Origin: Lytechinus pictus
Taxonomy: Eukaryota
Length of the DNA: 64,000 nucleotides
Direction of reading: 5' to 3'
Assembly: GCF_037042905.1 (NCBI RefSeq)
Contig: NC_087257.1
Coordinates: 13,392,001-13,456,000, forward strand
The translations under genes and the position numbers were made by a program. This document shows, piece after piece, positions 36,869 to 49,160 of this stretch. A model generated the notes under the pieces. That model searched no databases. It had not been told where the DNA came from and saw only the letters and a program-made list of their open reading frames with translations. Numbering within the stretch: position 1 is the first letter of the stretch; each line of letters begins with the position of its first letter.

Positions 36869-37299
36869 CGGGGTATAGTTTTAACAAGAGCTTTTCGTAA
36901 TGCAGAGTGAATATCATAAAAAATCAGATTTTGGAGAGAAAAATCAGTGTTAAATTGAAAAATGTGTAACTGCACGGTAAGAATTATAATAATGGTCAAG
37001 TAAAAATGAGAAAATTGTAAAGCAAAGTTTTTGTTGGGGTTCCGGGGTTTACTTGTACATGTTACTATGCGATTCCGCGATTTTTATGGTTTAAATTTTT
37101 TTTCTTTCTTTTTTTGTTGTTGAAAAATCGTATTTTAAAGGTACTATGTCCTATTTGCAGGCAAAAAAATGAAAAGGTTAAATTCCAACGGCATTTGAAA
37201 GACGATACTAATTTAGAACTTCCCTAAAAAAAAGTGGGCTTGAAAATGTCTTTAATTGGGAAAATAATGACTACCGGTATTAGTTGTCGAATCAACTTA

Positions 37300-37954
37300 T
37301 ACCCCTTTCATATTGCGCTTTTCACCGGCGAAGTTCGCCAGCGAAGGGGAAAGTGTCCAGTATGAAAGGTACACAGGAGAACTTCACCGGTGAAGTTCGC
37401 CGGCGAACTTCTCCACCTCTAGAGGTGGAGAACTTCGCCGGTGAAACTGTTTCACCGGCGAAGTTCGCCGGTGAAAAGGCCAGTATGAAAGCAAACCGGA
37501 GAACTTCTCCTCTTTAATGACGTCAGAGGTCAATTTTTTTCTCTCCCGAAGTCCCCTGTACCGAGATTCCGCGCGCGATAAGTTGCAAGCTCAGCTGAAT
37601 GCTATGGCCAAGTAGATACCCTCGAACATAATTTTTTTTTTATAACAATATTTATTAAAAAGCACTTTTTACATGTATAAAATGCGCTAAAATATAAAAA
37701 CAAGGTGATATTGTTTGTTTTTCTCGTAATACTTCCAAAATATGTTGTAATTAATTTTTTTTATACCTTTTTGTAATAGGTAAGAAGTAATGTTTACAAT
37801 TGTCTTTCGTTTTGTTCTGCAATCGCCCGTTGACTTTCGCCGGGGAAGAAATGGCAGTGCGAAAGGGTACATTTTTTTCTTCGCCGGGGAAGTGAGGAAT
37901 GCGAGGCGGAGAAGTTCGCCGGTGAAAAATGAAGAGGGTAGTATGAAAGGGGTA
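37300..37954. mobile_element. PIF/Harbinger-like MITE (655 bp)
   Basis: TIR TACCCCTTTCATA / TATGAAAGGGGTA; TTA TSD; internal CACCGGCGAAGTTCGCCGG motifs; empty paralogous site at 45348-45350. Confidence 0.88.
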
Positions 37955-38307
37955 TTAGGAGCTATAGAGCCAGTAGCTAGGTAATAGTCTGATTTTTCAG
38001 ACCATTGTACCGAATGGTCGTACGTTTTATGCTGCGCAAAGATTCAATCAGTTTAATTTTGGCCATTACAAGAAGTACGTGGGTTATTGATGTAGACAAA
38101 TGCTCATGTACCCTTTACAGCTCACTTTATGTATGTTATTACCAAAAAAAAAGCCAGTTAGTCACTCAATAGTGTCTGACAGTAAAGTCTAGCAAGTAAA
38201 CAGGTTTCCTTGCATAATTTGAATATTAGGACACTGCTAACATTTCAAATTTCACACTAGGCGTTCAGTGGCGTGCGCCTGTAATCCAGCTAACAGTTAG
38301 CCTCTTG

Positions 38308-38739
38308 TCAATGGCCCTGGCGCTGTTGGAGTCCGTAAATTCTGGCGAGCGAAGCGAGCTAGATACGAGGCGCTTGCGCCGAGGGCCTCTTAACAAGTGA
38401 TCTGAATTTCTTATGTTTTTCCTTGTTTGGCGAATATTCCGACCCAACTGAAGTTCGGTGAAAATCATCCAATCAGAGAGAGCTAATATGACGTAATATC
38501 TACCGCTCTGTGCGGATTTCCTCCGTGAGAGCAGTGAGACTGGCCGGGGCCGGGTCTGTTTTGGGCAATCGCTGCGGTGGTTACATTATTCACGTATACA
38601 TGCATAATTCAGTAGGAAATCGGGTCTTATGAATATATAATTCAGATCACTTGTTAAGAGGCCCTCGGCGCAAGCGCCTCGTATCTGGCTCGCTTCGCTC
38701 GCCAGAATTTACGGACTTCAACAGCGCCAGGGCCAATGA
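38308..38739. mobile_element. MITE with ~100-bp terminal inverted repeats
   Basis: 38308-38408 is the near-perfect reverse complement of 38639-38739; TSD not resolved. Confidence 0.75.
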
Positions 38740-38829
38740 TGGTAGGGTATATAGGAGCCCCCCGCATACATATTCATACATTATGTGTGTGATTGGAGGC
38801 CTAGCTGTGGCGTTTGTATAACAAAAGTA

Positions 38830-39002
38830 CAGTCAAACCTGCTTTAGTGACCACCTGTCTACAAAGACCACATTTTTTGTTCCCCTTGAAAATGGTTTCT
38901 CATTGAAACATGTACTAAATGAACCTGTCTATAAAGACCACCTGTCTACAAAGACCACTTTTTCTGTTTCCCTTGGGCGGGCGCTATAGACAGGTGTGAC
39001 TG
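38830..39002. mobile_element. Tc1/mariner (pogo-like) MITE
   Basis: TA|CAGTCAAACCTG ... CAGGTGTGACTG|TA; internal AAAGACCAC repeats. Confidence 0.8.
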
Positions 39003-39359
39003 TACAACAAAAACTCAACGTTATATTACCTTCTAAATTATTTGGGGGCTACGAGGGGACGCCCCCTGCCCCACACCCTTATATGAATAGTTATGCCGGG
39101 GACTAGCCAACCCTAATATCGTTCAATACGTCCTAAGGAAGCCCTGTACCAAAAATGGCATTTGTACAACAACGACTCAATGTTATAAAATTATATGGGG
39201 GCTCCATAAAGTCGCCCCCGCCCCATACCCTTAAATTGAAATTTTTGCCGGGGGCTCCTAGCCTAATATCGTTTAGTAGGTCCTAAGGAAGCCCTGTACC
39301 AAGAATGATGCTTTATCTGGCAATTATTCGATAATTGATACATTTGATGCTAATTAAGC

Positions 39360-40443
39360 CAGTCAGACGGCAGGTCCCAAGAAAGTGGCTTCTTTCATCC
39401 AAGTGATATTCATGACTTGAGATGTTTTGCATATTTAATGAGCTTGATGCGGACCAAAACACCTCTTTTCATTCGGTCATTGCTGCTCTAATTGTGCATC
39501 GAATTTCATAAATTTGGTATCATTGTAAAGAAGAAGAATCATTCTTTCAGGTCATGTGTTTGAATTTATTCAAAGATTGTGTAATGTAGGTTAAAATTTT
39601 GATCTAAAATATGCTACAAAATAATTATTTTCACCTGACAAAAGCTGCTATTTTTACACTTTATTTTTGTTTGAGCCCAAATGATTTTTAGATCATGATA
39701 AAGCTGAATATGTATGCTTTAAAATGATATAGGTTTCAAAATAAGAATTGGTTTAATCGGGTCAAGATCACATTTTTCATTTGCCAAGTACATAAAGCAG
39801 CTTGAAAACAAGAATACTGCACACTGATTGGTCAAAGAGACCACCCATTGGCAAATTCCAACGGTTCCAGTGCCTGGGTTCATGGGAAGGTCACACTTCC
39901 CATGTGGTAATCTCCTCAAATACCCCGCGCCTGTTGTTCTGTGAACCTTATCCAGCCAATCAGAACTCTGGATTTCATGCAAGTACAAAATTTTAGAAAT
40001 CTCGTCTTGTACCTTGGTGGGAAAAGTGTGATCTTGACCCGATTAAAAGGTGCCGCATATCAAGAGTGGCATTGTGAAAAAGTACAGAAGTTCAGCTTTA
40101 TGGTGATATAGATATCATTGAGGCTCAAAATAAAAAGTTTTGCACAATTTGCAAAAGAAAACAGAGGAAGAAAATTCAGTTTTGAGGCACATTTTCAGGC
40201 CAGACATTTACTTATTTAACAAAATATTGTATACAAAATAAATGACCAATATGAAAGAGTAACATTTACTCTATCTGATGGTGCAATAATATTTCATTTA
40301 ACTTGAGGTTAAAACAGGTAAATTCTTCGAGAAAGAAAATCTCACGAATTACGAGATTTTGCAAGGAGGAGGATTCAGCCACGAGATGATTTGGATGAAT
40401 CTGGCCTTTTTGCTCATTAGCATAGGGACCTGCGGTCTGACTG
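39360..40443. mobile_element. Non-autonomous TIR element with CAGTCAGAC termini and 4-bp TSD
   Basis: AAGC|CAGTCAGACGGCAGGTCCC ... GGGACCTGCGGTCTGACTG|AAGC (TIR match 18/19). Confidence 0.85.
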
Positions 40444-40842
40444 AAGCCACCTGACTAATAGAACCAACAGATCTATGTATCTCATGAATATTCATTATTA
40501 CTTTACTGACACGTGTCACAGAAAAATACATTTATCATGATTTAATTGTTAAGCAAATTATGACAATGCACATAAATTTTGTGATTTGTATTTTCCTTCG
40601 GCAATTATTGACCAATAGATTATTTGTCCGATCATGTTATAATTATACATTCACGTTTTAGCAATAGATATATTGATTATACGATTACTAACCAAAAAAC
40701 TTAACATGTACATGTTTATTATACATATGTGTATGAGCCTACACTTTTACCAGAGTCAATTTTGAATCCACTTCAAATGATCTTTGTGATGGAGTTAATG
40801 CAATGGAGATTCGAATATACCTATTGGTGGACACTTGCAAAT

Positions 40843-42723
40843 CCCAGGTCGAAATTCCAATAGGATCCGATAGCCTATTGGACCATCAGAAACCATTAGA
40901 GCTATTGGTGTCTAATGGTTTCAATAGGGAAAGTGAAATATTGGACCCACAGAAACCAATAGAAAATATCTATTGGACCAACACCAACCCACAGAAAAAA
41001 ATGCTGATGGACCAACAGAAAGCTTCTATTGGACCAACATCCACCCACGTCTTCTATGGGTTTCTGTTGGTCCATTAGATATTTTCTATGGGTTCCTGTT
41101 CGTCCATTACAGACTTTTCTTTGGGTTTCTAATGGTCCTATATTCTGAACTCCCTATTGAAACCAATAGTCCAATGGCTCCTATTGGTAAATCAATAATG
41201 ATAATGATCTGAATTCCCTATTGAAACCAATAGTCCAATGGCTCCTATTGGTAAATCAATAATGATAATGATAAATCAAAAATCGATTTTATCAACTGTC
41301 CACTGAAAAGGTATATTCCAGTCTCAATTGCATTAACTTCATCACAAAGATCACTTGAAGTGAGTTTTAGAGTATCCTTTAATCGATGAAAGGCTTGTAC
41401 TATTCTATATAATAAACATACATGAATTGTTTCTTGGTTAGTAATCATTATAATCAATATATCTATTGCTAAAACGTGAATTTAATAGTAACATGATCAG
41501 ACAAATAATCTATTGGTCATTAATTGCCGAAGGAAAATAAAAATCACAAAATTGATGTGCATTAATTGTCATAAGTTGCTTAACAAATTATGATAAATGT
41601 ATTTTTCTGTGGAGACGTGTAAAGTAATCATGAATATGCATGAGATAGGTTTAGCTGTTGGTTTCTATTGGTTTCTATTGGTTTCTATGTTTCTTAATTC
41701 TATTGGTCATATTGGTTTCTATTGGTCCCTTTGGGTTCTATTGGTCTCATTGGTCCTATTGGTCCTATCAGTTCTATTGGTTTCTATTGGTCTTAATTAT
41801 TGGTTTCTATTGGTCCTATTGGTTTCTATTGGTCCTATTGGTTTCTATTGGTCCTATTGGTCCTATCAGTTCTATTGGTTTTATTGGTCTTATTAGTTTC
41901 TATTGGTCCTATTGGTTTCTATTGGTCCTATTGGTTTCTATTTCTATTGGTTTCTATTGGTCTTAATTATTGGTTTCTATTGGTCCTATCAGTTCTATTG
42001 GTTTCTATTGGTCTTAATTATTGGTTTCTATTGGTCCTATTGGTTTCTATTGGTCCTATTGGTCATATTGGTCCTATCAGTTCTATTGGTTTCTATTGGT
42101 CTTAATTATTGGTTTCTATTGGTCCTATTGGTTTCTATTGGTCCTATTGGTCCTATTGGTTTTATTGGTCTTATTAGTTTCTATTGGTCCTATTGGTTTC
42201 TATTAGTTTCTATTGGTCCTATTGGTTTCTATTGGTCCTATTGGTTTCTATTGGTCCTATTGGTCCTATCAGTTCTATTGGTTTTATTGGTCTTAATTAT
42301 TGGTTTCTATTGGTCCTATTGGTTTCTATTGGTCCTATTGGTCCTATCAGTTCTATTGGTTTTATTGGTTTTATTAGTTTCTATTGGTCCTATTGGTTTC
42401 TATTGGTCCTATTGGTTTCTATTGGTCCTATTGGTCCTATCAGTTCTATTGGTTTTATTGGTCTTAATTATTGGTTTCTATTGGTCCTATTGGTTTCTAT
42501 TGGTCCTATCGGTCCTATTGGTCCTATTGGTTTTATTGGTCTTCTTAGTTTCTATTGGTTTCTATTTCTATTGGTTTCTATGGGTGCTATTGGTTTCTAT
42601 TGGTTTCTGATCGTTTGAATGGTCTATATTGGATTCAATTCTATGGGTCCAACAGAAACCATTAGAGACCAATATAATTTTTCTAATGGTCTCTATTGGT
42701 CTCTATGGGATTTTCGACCTGGG
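40843..42723. mobile_element. EnSpm/CACTA-type (CCC...GGG) non-autonomous element with expanded subterminal repeats
   Basis: AT|CCCAGGTCGAAA ... TTTCGACCTGGG|AT; CTATTGG motifs at both ends. Confidence 0.75.
41660..42610 (+). repeat. 9-10 bp minisatellite (CTATTGGTC / CTATTGGTTT)
   Basis: Directly visible array with higher-order blocks. Confidence 0.92.
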
Positions 42724-44212
42724 ATATTAATTATGAAGTATCACTTTATCATTAGATCTTCTACCCAGATCGATTTACCAATAGAACACCAGTACTGATA
42801 AGTGATGGCGATCAATCACCTTCATTTATGTTAGCCTGCCTTTTAGATTAGCATGTTAAGATTAGCCTGCCTAATTTACATAATTCAGCGTTTTTGCAGG
42901 TTAGTGCAGACTAAAGATATAGGCAGTCTAACAAAGCAGGCTAATTGAGCAGGTTAAAATTATTTTGCAGGCTCTTTATATAAGCAGGCTAAAATAAGCC
43001 TGCTTTTAAAATGTACAAGCTAAATTAAGCCTGCCTAATTTGCATATTTCAGCGTTTTTGCAGGTCATTGCTTGCTAATTAGGAATTAACCTGCTTTTTA
43101 GCAGCTATATGCAGGCTTGCGGCAGGCTATAAGCAGGCCTGCCTTTTCGGAAACACTAGGCCAGGCCATCGTCACCATGTCTTACTCTCACTCTGTCTCA
43201 CTCGACTCATTTTTGTATCATCGTTAATCTGCGGCTCACTGAGCGCTGCATGGCTAGCCTCGATCGCCACATCGTCGAACCGTGCCGGCCTCGTCCTCGT
43301 CAATATCGTTGCGACGCGTTGTCAGCTAGCTAGGCGCAGGCGATACGTATACTTTACGTACGTACATACACAAATCATACATATTACGGTGACGTCATGA
43401 CTATAATCTTAGTAACAAGCGCTTGCAATTTTTAAAATATTGATTAACACTCACGTCATGTTTTGGTAGACGTACATGATCATTCGTGTTTTACCGGTGT
43501 GGAAAACAACGAAGGGTAGGCCCTACAATGTAAATTAGAGTCACCTATTTTACAAAACAGCACGAAACAGCGCAAAACGTGAGCGTGACACGTGATATGT
43601 GACTGTTCGTTGCAAGCCCACTCCATATGGCGAATAATTAATTGGTAATACATGAAATCTATACAAATTCTTGATTGGTTAAGTTGATTGATTAAATTGG
43701 TAAAGTGGATTTCCCCCCCCCCCCCAACCACCCTGGGGGGGGGGGCACTTAAATTATTTTTTGACGTCGGTGTGCCCCACGACACCCTTGAATGGGGGTC
43801 TTAAGAGCCGACTATATGCACAGGAACTTTAAAAATCCCTGAAATGGGAGTTTAGGGGGTCCAGGAAGCAGACTAATAACACAAAATACATGGACTTTGG
43901 AGCTACCACAGGCCTATGAAAACCCTCTTCATTGGGAAAAAGGGGGTCTTTTAAGCGGTACATACCCGTCTGACTTTATACATGAGTGCCCCCCGGCTGT
44001 GAGCTAGGTGACCAAAATACCCCGGCCCTTTTAGGGTTAAACCAGTGTTTACAATATTTTCTCCAAGATATTTACTTTGATATCATAATATCTATAAGTT
44101 GCTGTCAGGACACGGCCTCTGAAGTATTTAGTCTATAATAATATTTTTATCCAAAAGGAGAAACCTGAGAATATGACACAGGGACAGTTTTTACTATTCT
44201 ATATATACATAC

Positions 44213-44264
44213 CTTTCAATTTGTCTTGCTCTTGTTCGCCATCTACTTGTACTTTTGGGGTGTC
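44213..44264 (-). CDS. SET-YR exon 4 (DTPKVQVDGEQEQDKLK)
   Basis: cttcctctag|...|gtatgt boundaries; 52 nt; phase 0 in and phase 1 out bridges exon 3 and exon 5. Confidence 0.65.
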
Positions 44265-45077
44265 CTAGAGGAAGTGATAATAAATTCAGTTCTACATTGT
44301 TATAGCCAGAACATGTACATGTACATGCACAAGGTCCATTTTTCCAGAATGAATAACTTCATGCATGCACAGCATGTCACATTTTGCATATGAATGTCAG
44401 ACCAAAAATGGTTTCAAAACTTGATTTTATGTACAAAACTAATGCAGATTGAGTTTTTATAATCAATTAATAAAAATATGATTATTTCTACTCTCAATTT
44501 CTACTTTTCAACAAAAACATTATTTTGAGTTCTACCCAGTTTAAATTTGGAATTTGTGTAAATTTCAGAGTCAATCTTGACTAATTACGTCGTAACGTCG
44601 TACATCACAGAACATGACCAACTTGATCGCCATCCAACTGCATGGGTTTTTTGTACAGAATTTGGTATCAATATGAACTCGACAGCTAGACTAGCTATAT
44701 ACTCGTCATCTGAAACTACATTGTATATAGCGCCTGAAATGAGTACTTTTAAAGCAAGTTCCGACATATATACATGTAGTCCAGAATTTTGATAGCTAAA
44801 TCAGAGAAAGAAGTCATGATTATTCATGCTGTTGTATAGCTAATGAGTCTATATTATAAGTGACCGTCTGATGTCCATTCAATAGTGTACATGTATAGTG
44901 CATCTGTGCCTTTTTTTGTATTGTTCTGATATAATTGCGTCAAAAACTATAATGCATAAAATCCTTCAGTTCCGACAGCGATTATACCGAGTTTAATAAT
45001 TTTTGTCAAAGACTCAAAGCTGGATGATTAATCCTGAATATTTTGTTTCTTTGTCAGAAGGAAAATCTATAGTTTAA

Positions 45078-45511
45078 AACTAGATGGAACTTCAACTGCG
45101 CGCAGTCGAAAATGATGCCTCCGCCATAGAGCGATTTTAAAAACCAAAACAGAAGCAATTTTTAATATTCAACTTTGATAGTAATCCATTAAAGGTACTA
45201 TGTCCCATTTGCAGGCCAAAAAAATGAAAAGGTTAAATTCCAACGGCATTTGAAAGACAATATACTAATTTAGAACTTCCCTAAAAAAAGGGGGGCTTGA
45301 AAATGTCTTTTAGTGGGAAAATAACGACTAATAGTTGTCGAATCGACTTAGGAGCTATAGAGCCAGTAAGTAATAGTCTGATTTTTCAGACCATTGTACC
45401 GAATGGTCGTTTGTGTTGTGCTGCACAAAGATTCAATCAGTTTAATTTTGGCCATTACAAGAAGTAAGAAAGCATAATGCCTCTGGCTACTTTGTAGCGG
45501 AGGCATAAAAA
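45078..45511. mobile_element. Short Helentron/DINE-like element
   Basis: AACTAG start; subterminal ATGCCTCCGC; terminal hairpin ATGCCTCTGGCTAC-TTT-GTAGCGGAGGCAT followed by AAAAA. Confidence 0.55.
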
Positions 45512-45613
45512 TACAACGTACAGAAGTCATCATGTATGTGTATTGAAAAGTTACACATTTTTTTCAGTATTAGCATATATATACAAGTATTTTTAAGGCA
45601 CATATTTCATTAG

Positions 45614-45733
45614 CAGTGTTGTGGTCTCGAGGTCCAGGTCTCGGCCAATACAGATCTGTCCCGGCCAGAAGAGAGTCAGCCTCAGACCATAAAGATCTCG
45701 GCCTAGGAAGATGTGGCCTCAACTACAACACTG
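45614..45733. mobile_element. hAT-like MITE
   Basis: CAGTGTTGT ... ACAACACTG; 8-bp flanks TTCATTAG / TTCATTAT. Confidence 0.7.
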
Positions 45734-46229
45734 TTCATTATTTTAAAGACTACAATATCATAAGAATCATATAATCATGACTAACAACAGGTAAGGATGA
45801 TCTTTATAGTTTTTCAACTTCCACTATCAATTTAATAATTGCTAGGACATTGCAAGTCAACATTTTAATTACTACAGTACAGGTTTTTAAAAAAGCGCGC
45901 TAGCTATAGGTCTCAACTAATTGGGCTATTTTAGTCCGAATTTTTTTGGTTGCAACGAATTGTATGCAATGCTTTCTCTATGGACCAATTGGTTACAACT
46001 AAATTCCCAACTAAATAGCTGAAGCCTTTCTTATGACCTGTACTGTAGGTGTCATCGATATTGTGAATACCCTGGTAATATTTATATGAAAGTCCAACTC
46101 TGGTCGCCCATACTTCATGTGGGTATTTCCATTGCTACATATTTATGCATGTATCACTGCAACCATATGGTAAACAACAAATTATTTTGTGTTACAGCAC
46201 TAAATAACTAACAATTAGTTTGCACTTAC

Positions 46230-46494
46230 TGTATGTTTCTGTAAGTCTTCTTGCATTCTTCCGATTAGTTGAGAATAATATGGTGTATTCCAATTGTGTC
46301 CCTGTGGAAGCCCATAGTCATATAAGATTTCAGACTTGGCTGGAATGTCTTTCATAGCATACAGGCAGAGAACAGGTTTTCCGTCTACCGTTTTAGCTGT
46401 CATTTTGCTGTTTTGTTCCTTTCCTTTGCTATGATTGACAAGTCTTCCAAGTTGGCACTTGGACTTGGGATCAGGCTCATCTGTAGCATCGACA
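46230..46494 (-). CDS. SET-YR exon 3, SET catalytic core (CVDAT...LGRLVNHS...EILYDYG)
   Basis: tttcag|...|gtaagt boundaries; ORF 46215..46505; canonical SET NHS and YDYG motifs. Confidence 0.9.
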
Positions 46495-47275
46495 CTGAAA
46501 TGCAATACAAAAACAAAATTTAAAAAACATAGTGGAAGTCAAATGAAGGTAATTTTAGGGAGTTGTTAGAGTAATACAGACAACACGTATTCAGCTAGAG
46601 TTAGACCACAAGAAATAGCCAGCTGATTGGGAAAAAGTCTGCTTCTCTACCATTACCACAGAAAGGCGACTCTGGAGAGCAACCACAATACATCCATTTT
46701 GATGAAAGTGCACTCGGAATTCTTTATCACTCAAGTCAATTGTTTATTTTACCATTGAACAGCATGAAATATATTATGTAATAGCACTTCCTCAGGCAAT
46801 GTGTCTTGCCTGGTATAGCGCCATCTACTGCTGTGCACACTTGATACACACTCAGAAGTCACCATGCCCACCCACTTTTTTTACTGGAGGGGCATGGCCC
46901 CCTACTATATTGGTCAGTGAATTTTTGTTTTGTCGGAACATTTCATATTGTGAAGACAAAATATTTTATGTACCAACGAAAGTATACAAAGAAATGACTT
47001 AAAATGTGAAAGTACTAACAAATTCAAATCTCGCTCGCTCCGTTAGCTCGCTCGCATTCAATCTTGTATTAGGGTGTCTGAACGATTTTTCAATTTTCCC
47101 TTTTGGATCGTTTTTCACCATTTTGGTTGGATAATTGAAAAAATTATTTACTCAGAATAATACATTTCAAATTTCAAGACTCTTCGATGTTTCTATCAAA
47201 AGTTACAGCCCCTTCAATTCCCTACAATATTCATCCATTTTTTGTAAGAATCGACGAAAAAGACGTATACCGTAA

Positions 47276-47862
47276 GGGCACTAGTATTCAACCCGTTTGG
47301 AGAGTTTCCTCAAATATATAGAAATATAGAATTTACCTGAATTTCAGACCCGTCTTATTTTCAAGAGCAAATGCTGGTTATTCTTTTTCTTCAACCAGTT
47401 GACTGTGTGCGCGGGTGATCGAATTATACGGCTACGGATTTTGGTACTAGTATTCAACCCGTCGGCACTAGTATTCAACCTAGCGATGAAAGATGGCCCT
47501 GTCTCTCAATCTGCCCTTGTCCCATCCGACTATGGACTAGACCATTTGAGATGAGACCAAACAGGGAATTAATCAAATCCAGAGACTTACATAGATCTAG
47601 ATCTAATTTAGCAATCTAAACCCTTTTGAGATTTGCTATCAATCCTCACTAGGTTGAATACTAATGCCATTCAGTGCAAAAGGCCATCGCCGCATAATTC
47701 GATCCTCCGCGCATACAGTCGACAGATTGACAACGAAAATACCGACAACAGATTACCCTGGAAATAACAAAGGTATGAAATTAAGATAAATTCCCTATTT
47801 CTAAATATTTTGGGGAATATGTCAAAATCTTTGAATTATGCCGGGTTGAATACTAGTACCCT
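47276..47862. mobile_element. Palindromic MITE
   Basis: GGGCACTAGTATTCAACCCG ... CGGGTTGAATACTAGTACCC, with internal copies of the motif; exact ends and TSD unresolved. Confidence 0.65.
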
Positions 47863-48750
47863 ACTTAGCTGATCCGAAAAATGTGGGGAAGGGTATTTTC
47901 AAACTGTAATTGTTTGTGATCCCTGGGGGCTAGCGAAAAAATAAGCGTAGGGATATTTTCCTTACGACTGGGACTACATATCGCCAGGGGCGTCATATCT
48001 CATAAGTGGCAAATTTCGGAGTAAGCCAGGAAACAATGTTTAAATAGCTGTTTTGACCAAGATATTTTTAGAATTTCGAGATGACGCCCCTCTGGAAATA
48101 TTGGAATTAATCTGCTCTTTCATATGACACCTCATTTATTGAGTATCACCTTCAGGATCACAAAGAATAAAGGTTTGAACTTCAAAAAAAAAAAAACTTT
48201 GACCAATTTTGCATGATCGCGTAATGCACATAGACTGCATAGGGCTGTGTGCAATCTCTATGGGAAGGATTTTAGCACACAACATCGGGTGCGCGATCAG
48301 ACACCCTACTTGCGCAAACAAGATAAATTACTATTTCTGCACCAATACTGCACAGAATTTATACAACATTTAATCACCCCATTAAACCCGTTCGGGAATG
48401 ATCTAAACTGCGAGTTTTATAGTCAGGTTTTTGAAGAAAAATACTGTGGGAGGGGGGGGGGGGGCACTCACTCATGTATAATGTCAGACGGGTATGTGCC
48501 ACTTATACAACTGTGGGAGGGTTGTAAGCGGGAGTGGGAGGGAGGACAATCCCCTCCCACACGCTCCCTCGCAATATCTGGCAACCTTCCATTTTCCATT
48601 AATATTACCTCATGACTGGCCCACCCACATTCAAAATTGTTCCACCGCCACTGTAACCGCCTGCCCGACCACACTCTGATTCCTATAGAGCCCCTTCAAC
48701 GTTTGTTTGGCGGGTATAATATTATAATAAGCAGAAACTTTATTACTTAC

Positions 48751-48922
48751 CAAAGTGCGATTCTTTTATTTGTCATGGGGTTTATCCACTTGAAGAAATA
48801 GCGGAATCCAGTCTGTTCCATTGCCTCCCTCCCATCTCCTTCCTCTCCTGTTATAAGCTCCCCAATATAGCAAAGGAGAAATTCTCCTTTAACCCTGCCT
48901 ATTTGTGTAATGACAGCTCGGC
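48751..48922 (-). CDS. SET-YR exon 2 (RAVITQIGRVKGEFLLCYIGELIT...FRYFFKW...IAL)
   Basis: tttgcag|...|gtaagt boundaries; 172 nt; not in the ORF track; matches the SETD8-type G.F..EY.G.LI...Y.F pattern. Confidence 0.85.
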
Positions 48923-49160
48923 CTGCAAATTAAGAATATAAATTATGCAAGTAATATTACATGTACTGTATATGTTAATAGTTGGTACCATTGTACATTA
49001 ACTGGTAGTCATAATTGTTGTCCCATATGTACGAATATGTGATGTTTTGACTGCTGATTTTTTTTATACTGTTGTTGCGCATATGCCGCACCCAGACTTT
49101 TTGATATTTTCTCTTCCGAAAATACTCAGGCCTTTACGCCGGCAAATACGGTACATGTAT

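Noticed and set aside
41597-42618. Hydrophobic, membrane-protein-like ORFs
   Set aside because: Products of the CTATTGG minisatellite.
46215-48922. Calling the SET exons the host SETD8/KMT5A orthologue
   Set aside because: The sequence is divergent, the SET domain is N-terminal, and it splices onward toward a YR-like region; no gene symbol assigned.
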